The translations under genes and the position numbers were made by a program. 64,000 bases of DNA from the NCBI GenBank assembly GCA_051294375.1, contig CM119271.1:3744610-3808609 (forward strand). The letters are read 5' to 3'. The stretch comes from Paraspadella gotoi. Its lineage: Eukaryota > Animalia > Chaetognatha. Below the pieces are notes generated by a model, which made no database searches, had not been told where the DNA came from, and worked only from the letters and a program-made list of their open reading frames with translations. Below are positions 1 to 15,269 of this stretch, one piece after another; positions within the stretch are counted from its first letter, which is position 1; each line of letters opens with the position of its first letter.

Positions 1-19
1 GAAAATAAAGGCATTTTGA

Positions 20-140
<121 letters not shown>

Positions 141-594
141 CCGCCAAGAAGTCTGCGTTTTCTTTTCAACACAATCATCAGTTTCTAATTAAAGAAGTTT
201 ACTTTGTTTATCTTCATGTTCCTCATTGTTTAATCACTGAAGGCAGTTATTAGACTTTAGACGTTATTAGACGTATTTGCTCTTCCGTCGATAATGAATG
301 ATGCAGAGGGCACTGTAATTTTTTTAGTTCTTCATAAAGATTTTTTTTTTCGGCTTCTTCTTTCGCCGGTAATTCTATTTTGCTATGTCATCATTTTCTT
401 TTATCTTCTTCGCTATAAATATCATTATATAAGACCGCAATCTTCGTAGGTGTCATCAGCTGACAGAAAAGAAGCCTTACGTCTCAACCTCATTGTCGTC
501 ATTCTCAAGGTCATTGTCGGCTTAATTCTCCTTTAATATATTCTTTACCATCACATTTTGTTCAATTTCGTAATTTTAGGGGTAAACGTCCTTT

Positions 595-629
<35 letters not shown>

Positions 630-865
630 TTCCCAAGCCTCTCGTCGTTAAAACGATTAAAAACAACGAAAAAATTCACGATTTTCTTTCATTAGTTTTT
701 TTTTTATTAGATTTTTTTGTGTAGATTGGTTTATTCGATTTTTTTTATCCATTGATAATCCATAATTTGTTCATTAAATTATTCAAAGTTGATTTATGCG
801 AAAATTGCGAAGGAAAGCGAAATATCCATATCGAAAAGAAGGCGGAATTCTTATTTGACGTCTCT

Positions 866-951
<86 letters not shown>

Positions 952-1092
952 GTTCATTTCTCTTTCGGATCGATTTGATTCGTATTCCAAAGCACGAATT
1001 TTGTCAGCGTCGTATGTAGACAATCGGTTAATCCATTAGATATTCCATTTCTTTGATAATACTCGTAGAGAGAGAAGAAAGAAAGAAAGAAA

Positions 1093-1167
<75 letters not shown>

Positions 1168-1407
1168 AAGGAGAGACGATGAAATCTGAAATTTGAGTAA
1201 AGGTTGAGCGATGTAAGGTTTTTATCAATGCGAGGGCGACGACGACGATGACGACGACGACGGCGACGAAAACCACAGAGTTGAAGAGACGATTAGAAGG
1301 AAAAGAAGAGAAGGAATAGAAATCCGAGAAATAATTTTGTTTAGCCAAAATGACGAAAAGTCATTTTTTTTTAGAGAGAGAGAGAGAAGAGAGAGAGAGG
1401 AGAAGAG

Positions 1408-1450
<43 letters not shown>

Positions 1451-1760
1451 CCTGGGTGATAACGGCGAATAGAGAGAGAGTACAGAGAGAGAGAGAGGGA
1501 GAGAGAGACAGAGAGAGACCCGCGCGCCCGAGCACAACGCACGCGACTCATGTCGCTCTCGCGCTCTCACCCCCCGCGACGTCGTGGGGCCGAAGCCAAA
1601 CCTACCAATCGGAAGCCTAGGCGACGAAGCTGATCGGACCAATCACAAGTCGAGGCGACGGAGCCGATCAGAACCAATCAAAGGCCGAGGCGGCAAACCA
1701 ATGGAAACGCTTCAGAACGGACGACCGCGGGAGCGACGAGAAGACGAAAACCGGGGCCCG

Positions 1761-1838
<78 letters not shown>

Positions 1839-1967
1839 AAAAAAATTAAAAGAAAAAGAAGAAAAAAATTAAACCGCAAAAAGAAAGAAGAAAAATGGAG
1901 AAAGGAAGCCGTCAAGAAAGGGAACGCTCTTCTCTCTCTCTCTCTCTCTCTCCTCTCTCTTCTCTCT

Positions 1968-2008
<41 letters not shown>

Positions 2009-2308
2009 CTCTTCTCTCTCTCTCCAGCAAACCTGGTAACAGGCGCGGAAAAGGTGAGCGATGATGTAGTGTGATTGAGTCGGTGAGAATTGCTGCTGGA
2101 GACGATGAGAAAAAGTTGAACGGGATTGGTGACGTAACGGATTGGACGTCGTCAAAAGGGATCAGGATCTAAACGACGACGCGAATAATAAAAAGGGGAA
2201 ATGACCCAAAAGTCGAGACATCGTACTTAGGCACGGAATTAAGTATCGAAGATATGACGGGCGAATGTGGGAGACTGGGGGAGTTAGAGCGAGAGGGAAG
2301 TGATTTGT

Positions 2309-2360
<52 letters not shown>

Positions 2361-2435
2361 AGAGCGACGAAGGACGGGATAAACGATGAACCTCTTTCAA
2401 TCGAACCCTAATTAGGCGGTGATTACAAAATTTCT

Positions 2436-2472
<37 letters not shown>

Positions 2473-5400
2473 GTCTCTCCTCTCTCTCTCTCATCTCTTA
2501 TCTCTCTCTCTCTCTCTCCATTTTCCCGCTTTTTTTTGAAAGAAAAAAAGTCATTCGAAAATCCTGCTTGTTTAACCGCCTGACGACTTTACGAAAACGG
2601 GTTGTAGGATGCGTCCGACATTTTGTAGCAATTAACTGAAAGCTTAATGATGTTACGTTTAATAGATTATTAAGATTTGTACACTTAGATTGATCTCATT
2701 TGTTTCATGTAGAAAAGAAATTGCAATGACTTACTCGTTGAATAAAAAAAAAGGAACAACTATGTATATTGTATTTCTTGACCTTAAAACCTTTTACTGG
2801 AACAAGAACTATGTTGTACGTATGTACGTCATATAAAATGATCCTGACTTACAATCCAAAAAAAGTACAATGGTACTGATGCGTCCACGGATCTGGCATA
2901 AAGGACAAATGTCAAGCTTCGCGAATTGCTTGCCTTCCCTTAACCTTTTTCTCCAGTGAATGAGATTCTTATCACAACCATTATGAGAAACTTATGACTT
3001 ACCTATCACACCAACCACCAATAACATAGAAATACCCCCGTTCATGCTCGCTCACACGTAAATAGTGTGAAACAAAAAAAGATTAGAATTATAAAATAAT
3101 ATTAAAAACCCTTAAAAATCTCCTGGGGCCAATCGCGATTCGCGAAAACGTCGCTTCTTTCTTCGACCAATCAGAACCCGAGTTTATTCGTTGTGTAAGA
3201 AAGCGAGAAAACTCGACCAATCATACGAACGGATGAGACTGTAAGTAGCTTACCTTTAACGCGTTAATGAAAATGGAAACGCTAATCGCATCGACGATCC
3301 GTTAGAGATCCGCCAATCGAAACACGGAAATCGGATTGAATCGCGTGAGCGAACCAATCGGGTGTCGTCACGGACGAACCAATGGGAATTGCCCGGATTC
3401 CATGACGGACCAATAGGATTAACCCTAGAGACATCGGAGAGCCGCGCGAAAAAGAGGGAAACCTCAATGAGATGAGATAGAGAGAGAGAGAGAGAGAGCA
3501 CCCGGGCGCTCCTCTCTTACTGCCTCTCGCTCACGGAAAAAGTGAAGTTGGATGGAATATATGAGAAGGGAAAAGGGAAGGGGAGAGAGAGGAGATGGNN
3601 NNNNNNNNNNNNNNNNNNNNNNNGCGATGGCGGAAGAGGAGAGAGAACCGAGAGAGAGAGAGAGAGAGGAGAAGACGAGAAGAGATTGACTCGTCGGAGA
3701 GAAAGAGGAGAATGCAAACATAATGGAGAGCGAAAGAATGGTCGGCGTTTTTAAATTTCGTCTACGATGAAAAAATCTAAACAAACGAGCCGAGAGATTC
3801 ACGGCCGATCTCTGTTTCCATGGACGGAGATGGAGAGGGAGAGAAGAAAGTTAAAAAAAAAATTCCGATTCGTTTAACACGCCTATTCAATAACTCTCTC
3901 TCTCTACTCTACTTCAACCTCTCCTCCCCATTCCCCTCAAACTCCCACATTTATCTGAGTATACCTCCTTCCTGTGATTCTAGAATGATTAAACCCGAAT
4001 ATTAACTACGCCATATAATTAGGTTAATAGAATATATACGTTCATTTCTCTTCCCCTCACGACGCGAACGAGGTTCCCTTCCATTCGCCCTCGATTGCGC
4101 GTCCTCGTTCATAAAATATATCTAAATAACCACCTCACAAATCCAGACGGGAACTCATTTACTTATCCGGCGAAATGGAATTTGGCTCTGGCACCGCCCT
4201 CGACTGAAAAGGCGAAGTTGAAGCCTCGTGGAGAGAAGAGATAGGCGACTATCGTATAAGAAAAGCTGCTTAAGCAAATAGAAGATACGCCCCCGTGAAA
4301 TGAAATAAAATTCAAAACATTGTAAAAAAAACATTAACAATCGGGGAAAATCCGTTTTTCAAACGGCCATTCCCAAAAGGACTGGTTAGATGGCCGAAGA
4401 TATCGCTTTCTAGGTGAGAATGCCTTTTAAAGATAAGAATTCCCCACGGTGTTGAAATAATAACCTTTTTCGGACCCCGTCTGCCCAACGTCGAAGAAAA
4501 ATAAAGGGAACAAGTTTGCAAACAATGTCCGGGATTCTGCCCAAGAATCATTTAGCCCGGTATTAATTAATTTTTAATTACAAACTACTTTTATAAAAAA
4601 TAGTATTTTAAATTAATAAAATAGATTTTTTTTCGATCCGAAATGTTCTGTTTTAGGTTCTTTCGTCACCTGCCACAACAAAAAGCAAGCGACGACAGAT
4701 GATGGCTCGACGACGGACAATAATGCCGATAAAGACTTGACTTGATTGATTGTTTATTGAATAAATAATATAATTAAAATTATAATATAAATAAATTGAT
4801 GTATAAATAAATTAATTTAATAATTGACCCTGATTAATTAATTATAATATTAATTATTTGATTAATTAATACATCTTGCATTTACCATTTAGAAATAAAA
4901 AAAAAAAAAAGAAAGCATATCAATTAGTGAAACAGGTGTTTCATTGTTGTTTTTCCAATTTATTTCACTCAGGACAATTCATCGAAACTTGATTTCCAGA
5001 CCCTAATCACACACTTTACCTACCCACATACAAAATTTCAAGTCAATCCGCCTATCCAGATCATGACAATTGACCTTTTCAAACAGTGAAAATATTTTTT
5101 TTTTTTCCTTTTATTAACTCATTTTCCAACTTCGGCACGAATTCCAATCGCAAACTTTATAGCAACTCAATTACACAATTTTCCTGCCCGTACACAAAAC
5201 TTTCAGTCCAATCGCATCTATCCATCACCGAGAATAATTTAGAAAGATATTATATATAATGCTAAGGAGGGAGGACAGATGAGAACGGGACGGCACGGAC
5301 AGAATGACAGATGGAACGGACATCATTTTTTTTGCATAATTATCCTAATTCGATTTTCTCATATTGGATAAAAAGATTTTACCGACAAATTTTTTGACAA

Positions 5401-6297
5401 GTGCGGGGACCGACTATACTGTGATTAGGCAGAGCGAATGAGGGAAGTATAGGGAAAATTTTGCAGCGTGGTGCTTAAAATTTCGACCTCTGCGTATAAC
5501 TTGATGGCAGGGGCGATTATGAGACGGGGAGTTAGGGGGATTTTAGCAGGTGGGTGTGCTCTTAATTGAGCCTCTGTATATATTGATGGCAGAGGCGGGA
5601 ATTGAGGACGTTAGGGGTAATTTTTTTTGCAAGGTTGCCGTCTGCTTAAAAAATTCGAGCCTTCCTCGTGCGACCCGGACCGACAAATTGATTATAGAAG
5701 TCTGAATCATGTGAATAAAGGGGCAGAATCGACAAATCTAGGAAATAACAAATTTTTCAATTTTTTTATTTTTAACGCTAACTCGTCTCTAAACCACATT
5801 ATCAAAAACTAAGTCACCCTAATCCTAACCTAATCCCTAACCTAATCCTATCCAATCCCTAACCTCTTAACCCTAAAATTTTAACTAAAAAAAAAAAAAC
5901 TATTTCTAATTCATAATATTTTATGATTAAAGGTGGTCCGTTCTGGGGAAATAAGGCCACCCAAAAAATTTTAGTGTATTTAGTTTGCCTATCAAAGGTA
6001 ATAAAGCTTTTTTTCACCTGCGTTCCGTTTATTTTTATTCCGGTTTTCCGTCTTATAATATTTCACTCCCGCGTATCCCCCAATTATCCGGCTCAACATC
6101 CGGCCCGGTTGTTTTTTCCCTTTCAGGCATTCCGGCTTTTTCGCCGCTTCCGGGATTATCATTATTATTATTTTTTTTTTCGATTTTCAGCTTCCGGTTG
6201 TTTTTTTTACGCAATTGTAGTTGAAGCCCTGAAGAGGGGAAAATAAGGAAAGCGTTATCGCCGGGGACAATATTGATCTCTCCTCTCTTTCATCTCT

Positions 6298-6329
<32 letters not shown>

Positions 6330-6481
6330 CTCTCTCCTTCTCCTCTCTGCTCTCTCTCTCTCTTCTCTCTCTCTCACGGATATCCACCGATTCATTTCTC
6401 CCCTTCCTCCCGAGGCCCATTTTATTTTTTCTCCTCAAACGGCTCGCCGCCCCCCCCCTTGCCCCCTGCCCCCCCCTCCAG

Positions 6482-6624
6482 CGGGAAGATCCGCGTTTGA
6501 CTGGAACAGAGGATCAGGTCCACGGACGAAGACGGACCCGTAAAACGTAAAAAATCTCCTACGAATGTGAATTCCTCGCGCGTCAACACCGGGAAGCTCG
6601 CTGCGAAGCGTCTCCCGTTTCACG
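6482..6624 (+). CDS. Candidate exon of an unresolved plus-strand gene (noisy copies at 12579-12663, 15368-15499, 18515-18646)
   Basis: C-rich acceptor ccag| and donor |gtgaat. A by-eye consensus of the four copies reads ADPAFDWNEWIRSTDEDDVKISYECEFRASHGVAARFSRFT. Every individual copy carries indels. Confidence 0.3.
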
Positions 6625-7845
6625 GTTGAATCGAAAAAAAAAATAAAAAAAAAAATCGTCGGGAAAAGACAATTCGAGCCCATATTTTCCACGAGGTCCC
6701 CCCTTTTGTGTTCAACGGTTTTGAGAATTGAAAATTAAGAGTTATTGGTTGTTAAAGAATAAAAATTGTCATGGAATCCATTACATTAGTTTAAAATTTA
6801 TGGGTTAGAGGAGGAGAAAAAGGTTTAGGGGATTAAGTCTTGAAAATTATTAAAGCTAACCCCAAACGCTACCCAAAGGTTCTCAACCCAGACGATCTGG
6901 AACAAAATTTCTTTGAAGGTTTTCGGTTTTTAATATTATGTATAGTATTAAGGTTATAGTTTTAAGGCGGAGACCGACACAAATTGCAAATGGTTGTAAT
7001 ATTAACAGCTTTAAAGAATCATTAATCAGTATTAATTATTGATTAAATATTTTTTATAAAAAATTGATCCGAAACCATAATAATTTATAATTTTAATTAT
7101 TATTATTCTGTGATATAAGTTAAATAAAAAATGTTAATTATAACTTGTTTAAAATTTTGATGTTTCAATTTTTACCGAAAATTACAAAAAAACATTTCAA
7201 GAGTAAGAAGATGATCTATTGATAATAATTTTTTAAAGCTTTTTATCAATTTGACCCACTTAATCATGCAAATATTAAAAAAAAAAAATTATACTTTGTT
7301 CAAAACAACTTCTTTTTTTATAAGATATCTGAACTCTGCTTTTAAATATATTAATATTCAAAAAAAAATATTTATTGATACCAAATATTAAAAAAAAAAA
7401 TTAAATTACTAGTGCTTCGAGCCTTTATTTTCGAAAAAAAAAATTTGGTCAAAATAAAAAATGGGGTATGAAGCTTTTTTCCTTGGGGGGGGGGAAGTCC
7501 CCAAAAATCAAATTCTGACTCACCCATTGATATGTAGGATCGCGATTGAGCGGAATGATCCCCACCCAGGTAAATATCCGTGAGGTTAAGAGATTTACCG
7601 ATTAGTAGTATTAGATTCTTAGATTAGGTTAGGTTGAGAATTTAATCAAGGATTCGGGCTTAGAGAGAATAGAGGAGGCCTTTTGGTTGGAAATAGCCCG
7701 GAGAATCGAAACGCGATCGCGGTCCGGATAAAGCCGATATTCGCCGTGGGAGGTGGGGGGGGGAAGAGAGATATTAGAGTCAGAACCGATCGTTTCCGTC
7801 GATGACCTCACACGGAGGACGAATAGCCAATCAAGAACGGGAGGG

Positions 7846-7878
<33 letters not shown>

Positions 7879-9803
7879 GAGAAGAGAAAGAGAAAAGAAC
7901 GATGAATCTCAGTTCTTGACTCCTCAATTTATTTGATAATTTTAAAAAAAAAAAAATTTCGGCGTAATGAGAATGAAATGAACATGACGATTTTATTCAC
8001 TTAGTATTCATTATTGACATCTTGATAATATTTTAAAACAGATGGAAAGCGTTACTAAATTAATTAATAATTGAAACAGCTAGGCCGTAGTTGTTTATCC
8101 GATTTTTAATCGGTCCGGTTTCGAAAATTAAACTGGAAAACAAACAATGGTTCTACTTTTCAGGTTGCCACAATTTAATTTGTGTATTACTATAAGAGAA
8201 TTCAAATATTGTATTCAATTAACTTGCGACGCTTTTCTCTCAAATCCACCTCCATTTAAAAATTCCCAATTCCCGCGCGAGGGACCCCAAAATTCCTTCC
8301 TCATAATTTTCCGGCCATTTTACGGCGGAAAAGACGATTCTTTCCGGTCGTTAGGCGCCGAGGGAACTGATTTTCCCGGCCACATTAAAATTTCTTATCT
8401 CCGCCAGAGTTTATATTGAAGGCATTATATTTTATCGGTCTTGCTTTAGGTATAGAAGAAATTGATTTAGGGAAAATTAGTTTTGAATAGTTTTTTTTTA
8501 AGAAGATATTTAACGATGGAATAAAACGGGAAGGTTAAATATATAATATACGAATTAAATTACTTAAATTTAAATTGAATAGCTGAGGATGAGAGGAATG
8601 AAAAATTGAAATGAAAAAATGAAAATAAATCTTCCCGTCTCTTCCGTTTATCCTTAATTTGATTAATAACTTGTAGAAAGGTTATTTATATACAAATATT
8701 AATATTTAATTATAATCGCTTACATAACAAGAACGGATAATTCAAATTTTGTGGCGCCGCAGTGACTGCCTTATCACGTGTATTTTTTGCGTGATTCATG
8801 TCATGACATGACGTGACATTGATATGACGTGATATGACATCACATGACGTGACATAACTGTTGCTTAGCCATATTATTGACATGCATGCCATCTAAATTC
8901 GTCTTTATATTTCTTTCTATTTTTTATGATTATCCGAAGGCCAGCGCTAGGCAGTCCTTTAATTTGAGATTTTTTTCTGTATTAACAAAAGGAGCAACCA
9001 AGAAACTATACGGCAAATTATATGCATTTTAACATAAGTGGTGGGACAAGACCATGGATAGACATTAACTGATGGACCAATGGACCAATGACCATGGGAC
9101 CAAATTTAACCGACGCGACAGACTGACTGAAAAGGTGACTTATGAGTTGCTCTGCGAGTACTTGCGGCCACAACTAATTAATAACCTTATAAATAATATG
9201 AACCGAAGATATATGTTATTGTTTTTTTAAATAATCCGAATACATGTGTTGTGCATAAATACACAGGCTAAAAAAATTATTGTAGTCATTCAGTCATGTC
9301 ATGTTTACGTAATGTTCATGTCATTGTTCATGTCATGTCACGTTCATTCGTCACGATAAATATACGTGGATAACGCATGTCACTGCCGTCGCAAACACAT
9401 TTTGAATTACCGTGTTCTTGTTAAATAAATAATAAAAAAGAAGAATGTTTTATTTTTTTTCAGAGATGAAAATCGTCCGCGTTTTTCGGATCTTGTTTTT
9501 TTTCCTGATGCACAATAAAGAAAAAAACGGGGGTGAGAGAAATAAAGAAAACAAAAAAACAGAGTGAAACGCGAATAAAAAAACGAATGATAACCAAATA
9601 AAAGAGTAAAGGGAAGAACGTTAAAATATTTCACAGATGCTCTTTTATTTCGCTCCTCGTAAACGTGTTTCCGTAGTTCATGGTCGCCATATTAAAATTT
9701 CCTCACAGCTAAAAAAAAGAAGAAAAGGAAAAAAAACGTCTGTCTCTCTGCTCTCTCTCTCTCTCTTCTTTCTCTCTTCTCCTCTCTCTCTCTCTCGTTT
9801 TCT

Positions 9804-9868
<65 letters not shown>

Positions 9869-9980
9869 CTCTCTCTTTCTCTTTTCTCTCTCTCTCTCGG
9901 GCCTCTCTCTCTCTCTCTTCTTTCTCTCTCTCTCTCTCTTCTTCTCTCTCTGGCTCTTTCTTTCTCTTCTCTCTTTCTTA

Positions 9981-10020
<40 letters not shown>

Positions 10021-10157
10021 CTGCCTCTCTCTCTCTATCTCTCGTCTTTGTATTTTGAAATTAAAAAAGAAGAGGAGAGCGTAAATCTTCACCCAGATCA
10101 ACGGGGAAAAGCGCCCAACAGGCAATATTTTCTCGAATCTCTCTCTCTGGTCTCTCT

Positions 10158-10188
<31 letters not shown>

Positions 10189-10320
10189 GTCCTCTCTCTC
10201 TTCCTCTCTTCTCTCTCTCTCTTCTCTCCTCTCTCTCTTTTTTCTCGTTTCGTTCTCCTCCCGTCCTTGAGGAATACGTCAGAGACCGTTGATTACGCGG
10301 GTTCGCGCCATTCCAAGATT

Positions 10321-10381
<61 letters not shown>

Positions 10382-11738
10382 TCTCCTCTTCGCTCTTCTC
10401 TCTCTACCACTCCCCTTCTCTTCAAAACAACCGATTACTGACGAAAAGAAAGCTAACGTTATCTGTCGGGGCAACTTGGGAAGATTGGCAAGTTGACAAC
10501 AGTTTGGAAGCAGGGGGGAAATGACGGGTGCATATAAGGCCGTTTAGGTAAAGAGTAAAAAGTTGCAGGATTGTTATGAAAATTGTTACTACCATAATAA
10601 AATATCCATTCCCATTAATAAATAGCTACTTTCTCTGACTGTGGACAGGTTTGGTTGGTTTAAGGCCTCCATCCACTCTTACATCTGGGCAAGCTTTCAA
10701 TCAGGGACCCTCTTCACAGTTTCCCTTTATTCACTTTCAGCGACATGGCTTCCTATCAATGAAGTGTTACTATAATATTCAAAAATATTTCAATTGTATG
10801 AAAAGAACCACTCCTTAAGTTTAGATCGGGGGAATAATTGCGTATTTGTACTCAGCTCAGCATCAAAATACAACGGAGCATGGTTATTTATTGTGGATGG
10901 TTATAGGAGATTCTACTTAAATCCAGTTTTTGTACCATCCCGCCTTCATTAGCGGTAATTAATTAATTAATACAAACTATATAAAAAATATATTTTAATT
11001 AATAAATAATTAATTTGATCCGAAATGTTTGTTTTTAGGTCTTTCGTCACTGACCACAACAAAAGCAACGACGACGATGATGGCGACGACGACAATAATG
11101 CCGATAAAGATTGACTTGATTGATTGTTTAATTGATTAAATAATTAATTAATTTATAAATAAATTGATTGTATAAATAATTAATTTAATAATTGACCTAT
11201 TAATTAATTATATATTAATTATTTGATTAATTAATACATCTTGCATTTACATTTAAAATAAAAAAAAAGAAGCATAATCAATTAGTGAAACAGGTTTTTT
11301 GTTTTTCCATTTATTTCCACTCAGACAATTCCATCGAAACTTGATTTCCAGCTTAATCACACACTTTCCTACCCACATACAAAATTTCAAGTCAATCGTC
11401 CTATCCAATCATGAGCAATTGACTTTCAAACAGTGAAATTTTTTTTCTATTTAAACTCATTTCCACTCGCACGATTCCATCGAAACTTTATATCCAACTC
11501 AATTACACATTTTCCTGCCCGTACACAAAATTTCATTCCAATCCATCTATCCAATCACGAGAAATTAGAGTATAATGCTAAGGGGGGACGGACAGATGGA
11601 CGGACGGACGGACAGATAGACAGATGGACGGACATCATTTTTTTTGCATAATTTATCCTAATTCGATTTTCTGATATGATAAAAATGATTTACCGACAAA
11701 ATTTTGAAGTGGGACCGACTATACTTGATTGGCAGGGC

Positions 11739-12578
11739 NNNNNNNNNNNNNNNNNNNNNNNNNNNNNNNNNNNNNNNNNNNNNNNNNNNNNNNNNNNNNN
11801 NNNNNNNNNNNNNNNNNNNNNNNNNNNNNNNNNNNNNNNNNNNNNNNNNNNNNNNNNNNNNNNNNNNNNNNNNNNNNNNNNNNNNNNNNNNNNNNNNNNN
11901 NNNNNNNNNNNNNNNNNNNNNNNNNNNNNNNNNNNNNNNNNNNNNNNNNNNNNNNNNNNNNNNNNNNNNNNNNNNNNNNNNNNNNNNNNNNNNNNNNNNN
12001 NNNNNNNNNNNNNNNNNNNNNNNNNNNNNNNNNNNNNNNNNNNNNNNNNNNNNNNNNNNNNNNNNNNNNNNNNNNNNNNNNNNNNNNNNNNNNNNNNNNN
12101 NNNNNNNNNNNNNNNNNNNNNNNNNNNNNNNNNNNNNNNNNNNNNNNNNNNNNNNNNNNNNNNNNNNNNNNNNNNNNNNNNNNNNNNNNNNNNNNNNNNN
12201 NNNNNNNNNNNNNNNNNNNNNNNNNNNNNNNNNNNNNNNNNNNNNNNNNNNNNNNNNNNNNNNNNNNNNNNNNNNNNNNNNNNNNNNNNNNNNNNNNNNN
12301 NNNNNNNNNNNNNNNNNNNNNNNNNNNNNNNNNNNNNNNNNNNNNNNNNNNNNNNNNNNNNNNNNNNNNNNNNNNNNNNNNNNNNNNNNNNNNNNNNNNN
12401 NNNNNNNNNNNNNNNNNNNNNNNNNNNNNNNNNNNNNNNNNNNNNNNNNNNNNNNNNNNNNNNNNNNNNNNNNNNNNNNNNNNNNNNNNNNNNNNNNNNN
12501 NNNNNNNNNNNNNNNNNNNNNNNNNNNNNNNNNNNNNNNNNNNNNNNNNNNNNNNNNNNNNNNNNNNNNNNNNNNNNN
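11739..12578. other. Assembly gap (840 N)
   Basis: Run of N. Confidence 1.
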
Positions 12579-15198
12579 ACGGACGAAGACGACGTAAAAA
12601 TCTCCCTACGAATGTGAATTCCGCGCGTCACACGGAGTCGCTGCGAGGTTCTCCCGTTTCACGGTGAATTCGAAAAAAAAAAATAAAAAAAAAAAATCGT
12701 CGGGAAAAGAAATTCGGCCATATTTTTCCACGAGGTCCCCCCTTTGTGGTCAACGGTTGAGAATTGAATTAAGAGTTATGGTTAAAGAATAAATTGTGGA
12801 ATCATTACATTAGTTAAAATTTAAGGGTTAGAGAAAAGGTTAGGGATTAAGTCTGAAATTAAGCTAACCCCAAACGCTACCCAAAGGTCTCAACAGACGA
12901 TTGGAACAAATTTCTTGAAAGGTTTTTCTTGTTTTTAATATTATGTAGTAGTTATTAAGGTTATAGTTAAGGCGAGCCGACCAAATTCAAATTTTAATAT
13001 TAACAGCTTTAAAGAAATCCATTATCAGTATTAATTATTGTATTAAAATATTTTTTTATAAAAATGATCCGAACCATGAATAATTCGATAATTTTAATTA
13101 TTATATTGTGATATAAGTTAAATAAAAAATGTAATTATAACTTTTTAAAATTTTGATGTTTCATTACCGAAAATTAAAAAAAAATATAGTAAGATGATTA
13201 TGATAATAATTTTTTAAGCTTTTTATCAATTTTGACCCACTAATCATCAAAATATTAAAAAAAAATTATACTTTGTTCAAACAACTTTTTATAAGATATC
13301 TGAATCTGCTTTTAAATATATAATATTCAAAAAAAATATTTATTGACTACTAAATATTAAAAAAATTAATTACTAGTGCTTCGAGCCTTTTTNNNNNNNN
13401 NNNNNNNNNNNNNNNNNACTCGACGACGCGACGGTGGTTCCTTCCGTTTCGCCCTCGTTGTCGTCGTCATAAAAATAAAAACCGCCCATAAACCCTCCTG
13501 AAGTGTGACCTTCATTATTATCCGGGGGGGGAAATGGAATTTGGCTCTTGCCACCGGCCCTCGCTGGGGAAGGGAGTTGAGAGGCGCTCGTGGGAGGAAA
13601 GATGGCGCTTCGGATAAGAAGATGGTTTTTGGTTAAGTCAAATAAAAGGATACGCGTGAATAAATGAAGATATTCTAAAGACCATTGTAAAAAATAAAAT
13701 CGGGAAATCCGTTTTCAAACGGCCATTTCCAAAAGACGGTAAATGAAATTACGCTTTTCAGGTGAGAAATTGTTTTTAAAGAAGAATCCCCACGTGAAAT
13801 AATCCTTTTTTTCGGGGCGTCCTGCCAACGTCGAAAATAAGTGAACAAGTTTGGAGTTAAACAATGTCCGGATCTGCCCACGATCATTAGCGGTAATTAA
13901 TTAATTAATACAAATTATATAATCTAAAATAATATTTTAATTAATAAATTAATTAATTTGATCCGAAATGTTTGTTTTTAGGTCTTTTCGTCACTGACTC
14001 CACAACACAAAGCCCAAGACGGACTGATGATGGCCGACGACCGAACAATAGCCTGATAAAATTACTTGATGATGTTTAATGAATAATAATTAAGAATTTA
14101 TAATAATTGATTGTAAAAATAAATTATAATTACCATTAATTAAATAATATAATGATAATAAAACATCTGCATTACATTTAAAATAAAGTAAAAAGAAGTG
14201 CAAAAATTAGTGAAACAAGTTTTTAGTTTTCCAATTTGAACTTACCACTCAGACAATCCATCGAAACGATTCCAGCTAATCACACACTTCCACCCACATT
14301 ACATAAATTCAAGTCAATCGCATTATCCACTCAGAGCAATTGACTTTCAAATAGTGAAATTTATTTCTATTAAACTCTTCCACTTCGACGATTCGCACGA
14401 AACTATATCCAACTACAATTACGCATTTTCCTGCCCGTACACAAAATTTCATTCCAATCCATCTATCCAATCACGAGAAATGGAGTATAATGCTATGCGG
14501 GGGACGAGACAGATGGACGGACGGACGGACAGATAGACAGATGGACGGACATCATTTTTTTTGCCATAATTTATCCTAATTCAATTTTCTGATATGATAA
14601 AAATTGACTTTACCGACAAAAATTTTTGAAGGTGGGACCGACGCGACGGACCGACAAAGTGAATTATAGAGTCTGAATTCTGCTGAATCCGACTTAAAAA
14701 TCTAGAGAATAACAAAATTTTGCATTTTTTTTATTTTTAACGCTAACTCGTTCTCTCACACATATCAAAAAAGTAAGTACACCCTAATCCCTAACTAATC
14801 CCTAACCTAATCCCTATCCAATCCCTGAACCTCTAACTAAAAAAAAAACTATTCTTATTTCATAATTTAAGATTAAAATGGGGCGTTCTGGGCGAAAAAT
14901 GCCCCAAAAAATATTTAGTTTCTATTCAAGGTAATAAAAATAGCTTTTTTTCACCTGCGTTTCCGTTTATTTTTTTTAATTCCCGGTTTTTCGTCTTATA
15001 ATATTTCACCCGCGATTCCCCAATTCCGGCTCAACATCCGGTTTTTCCTTTCCAGCATCGGCTTTTTTTTCCCTTTCCGGGATTAATCATTATTATTATT
15101 TTTTTTTCGTTTCAGACTTTCCGGTTTACGCAATAGTTGAAGCCTGATAGATGGGAAAAGAAGCGTTATCGCCGGAGGACAATATGACTCCTCTCTCT

Positions 15199-15269
<71 letters not shown>

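Noticed and set aside
745-2155. SLSLSL / RERERE ORFs here and throughout the window
   Set aside because: Translations of (CT)n/(GA)n microsatellites, which lack stop codons; no coding signal.
5815-5880. Telomere-like CCCTAA/CCTAA tract
   Set aside because: Short, degenerate and interstitial; such tracts are common inside repeats and do not indicate a chromosome end.
11676-12667. ~300-aa ORFs
   Set aside because: They read through the 840-N gap.
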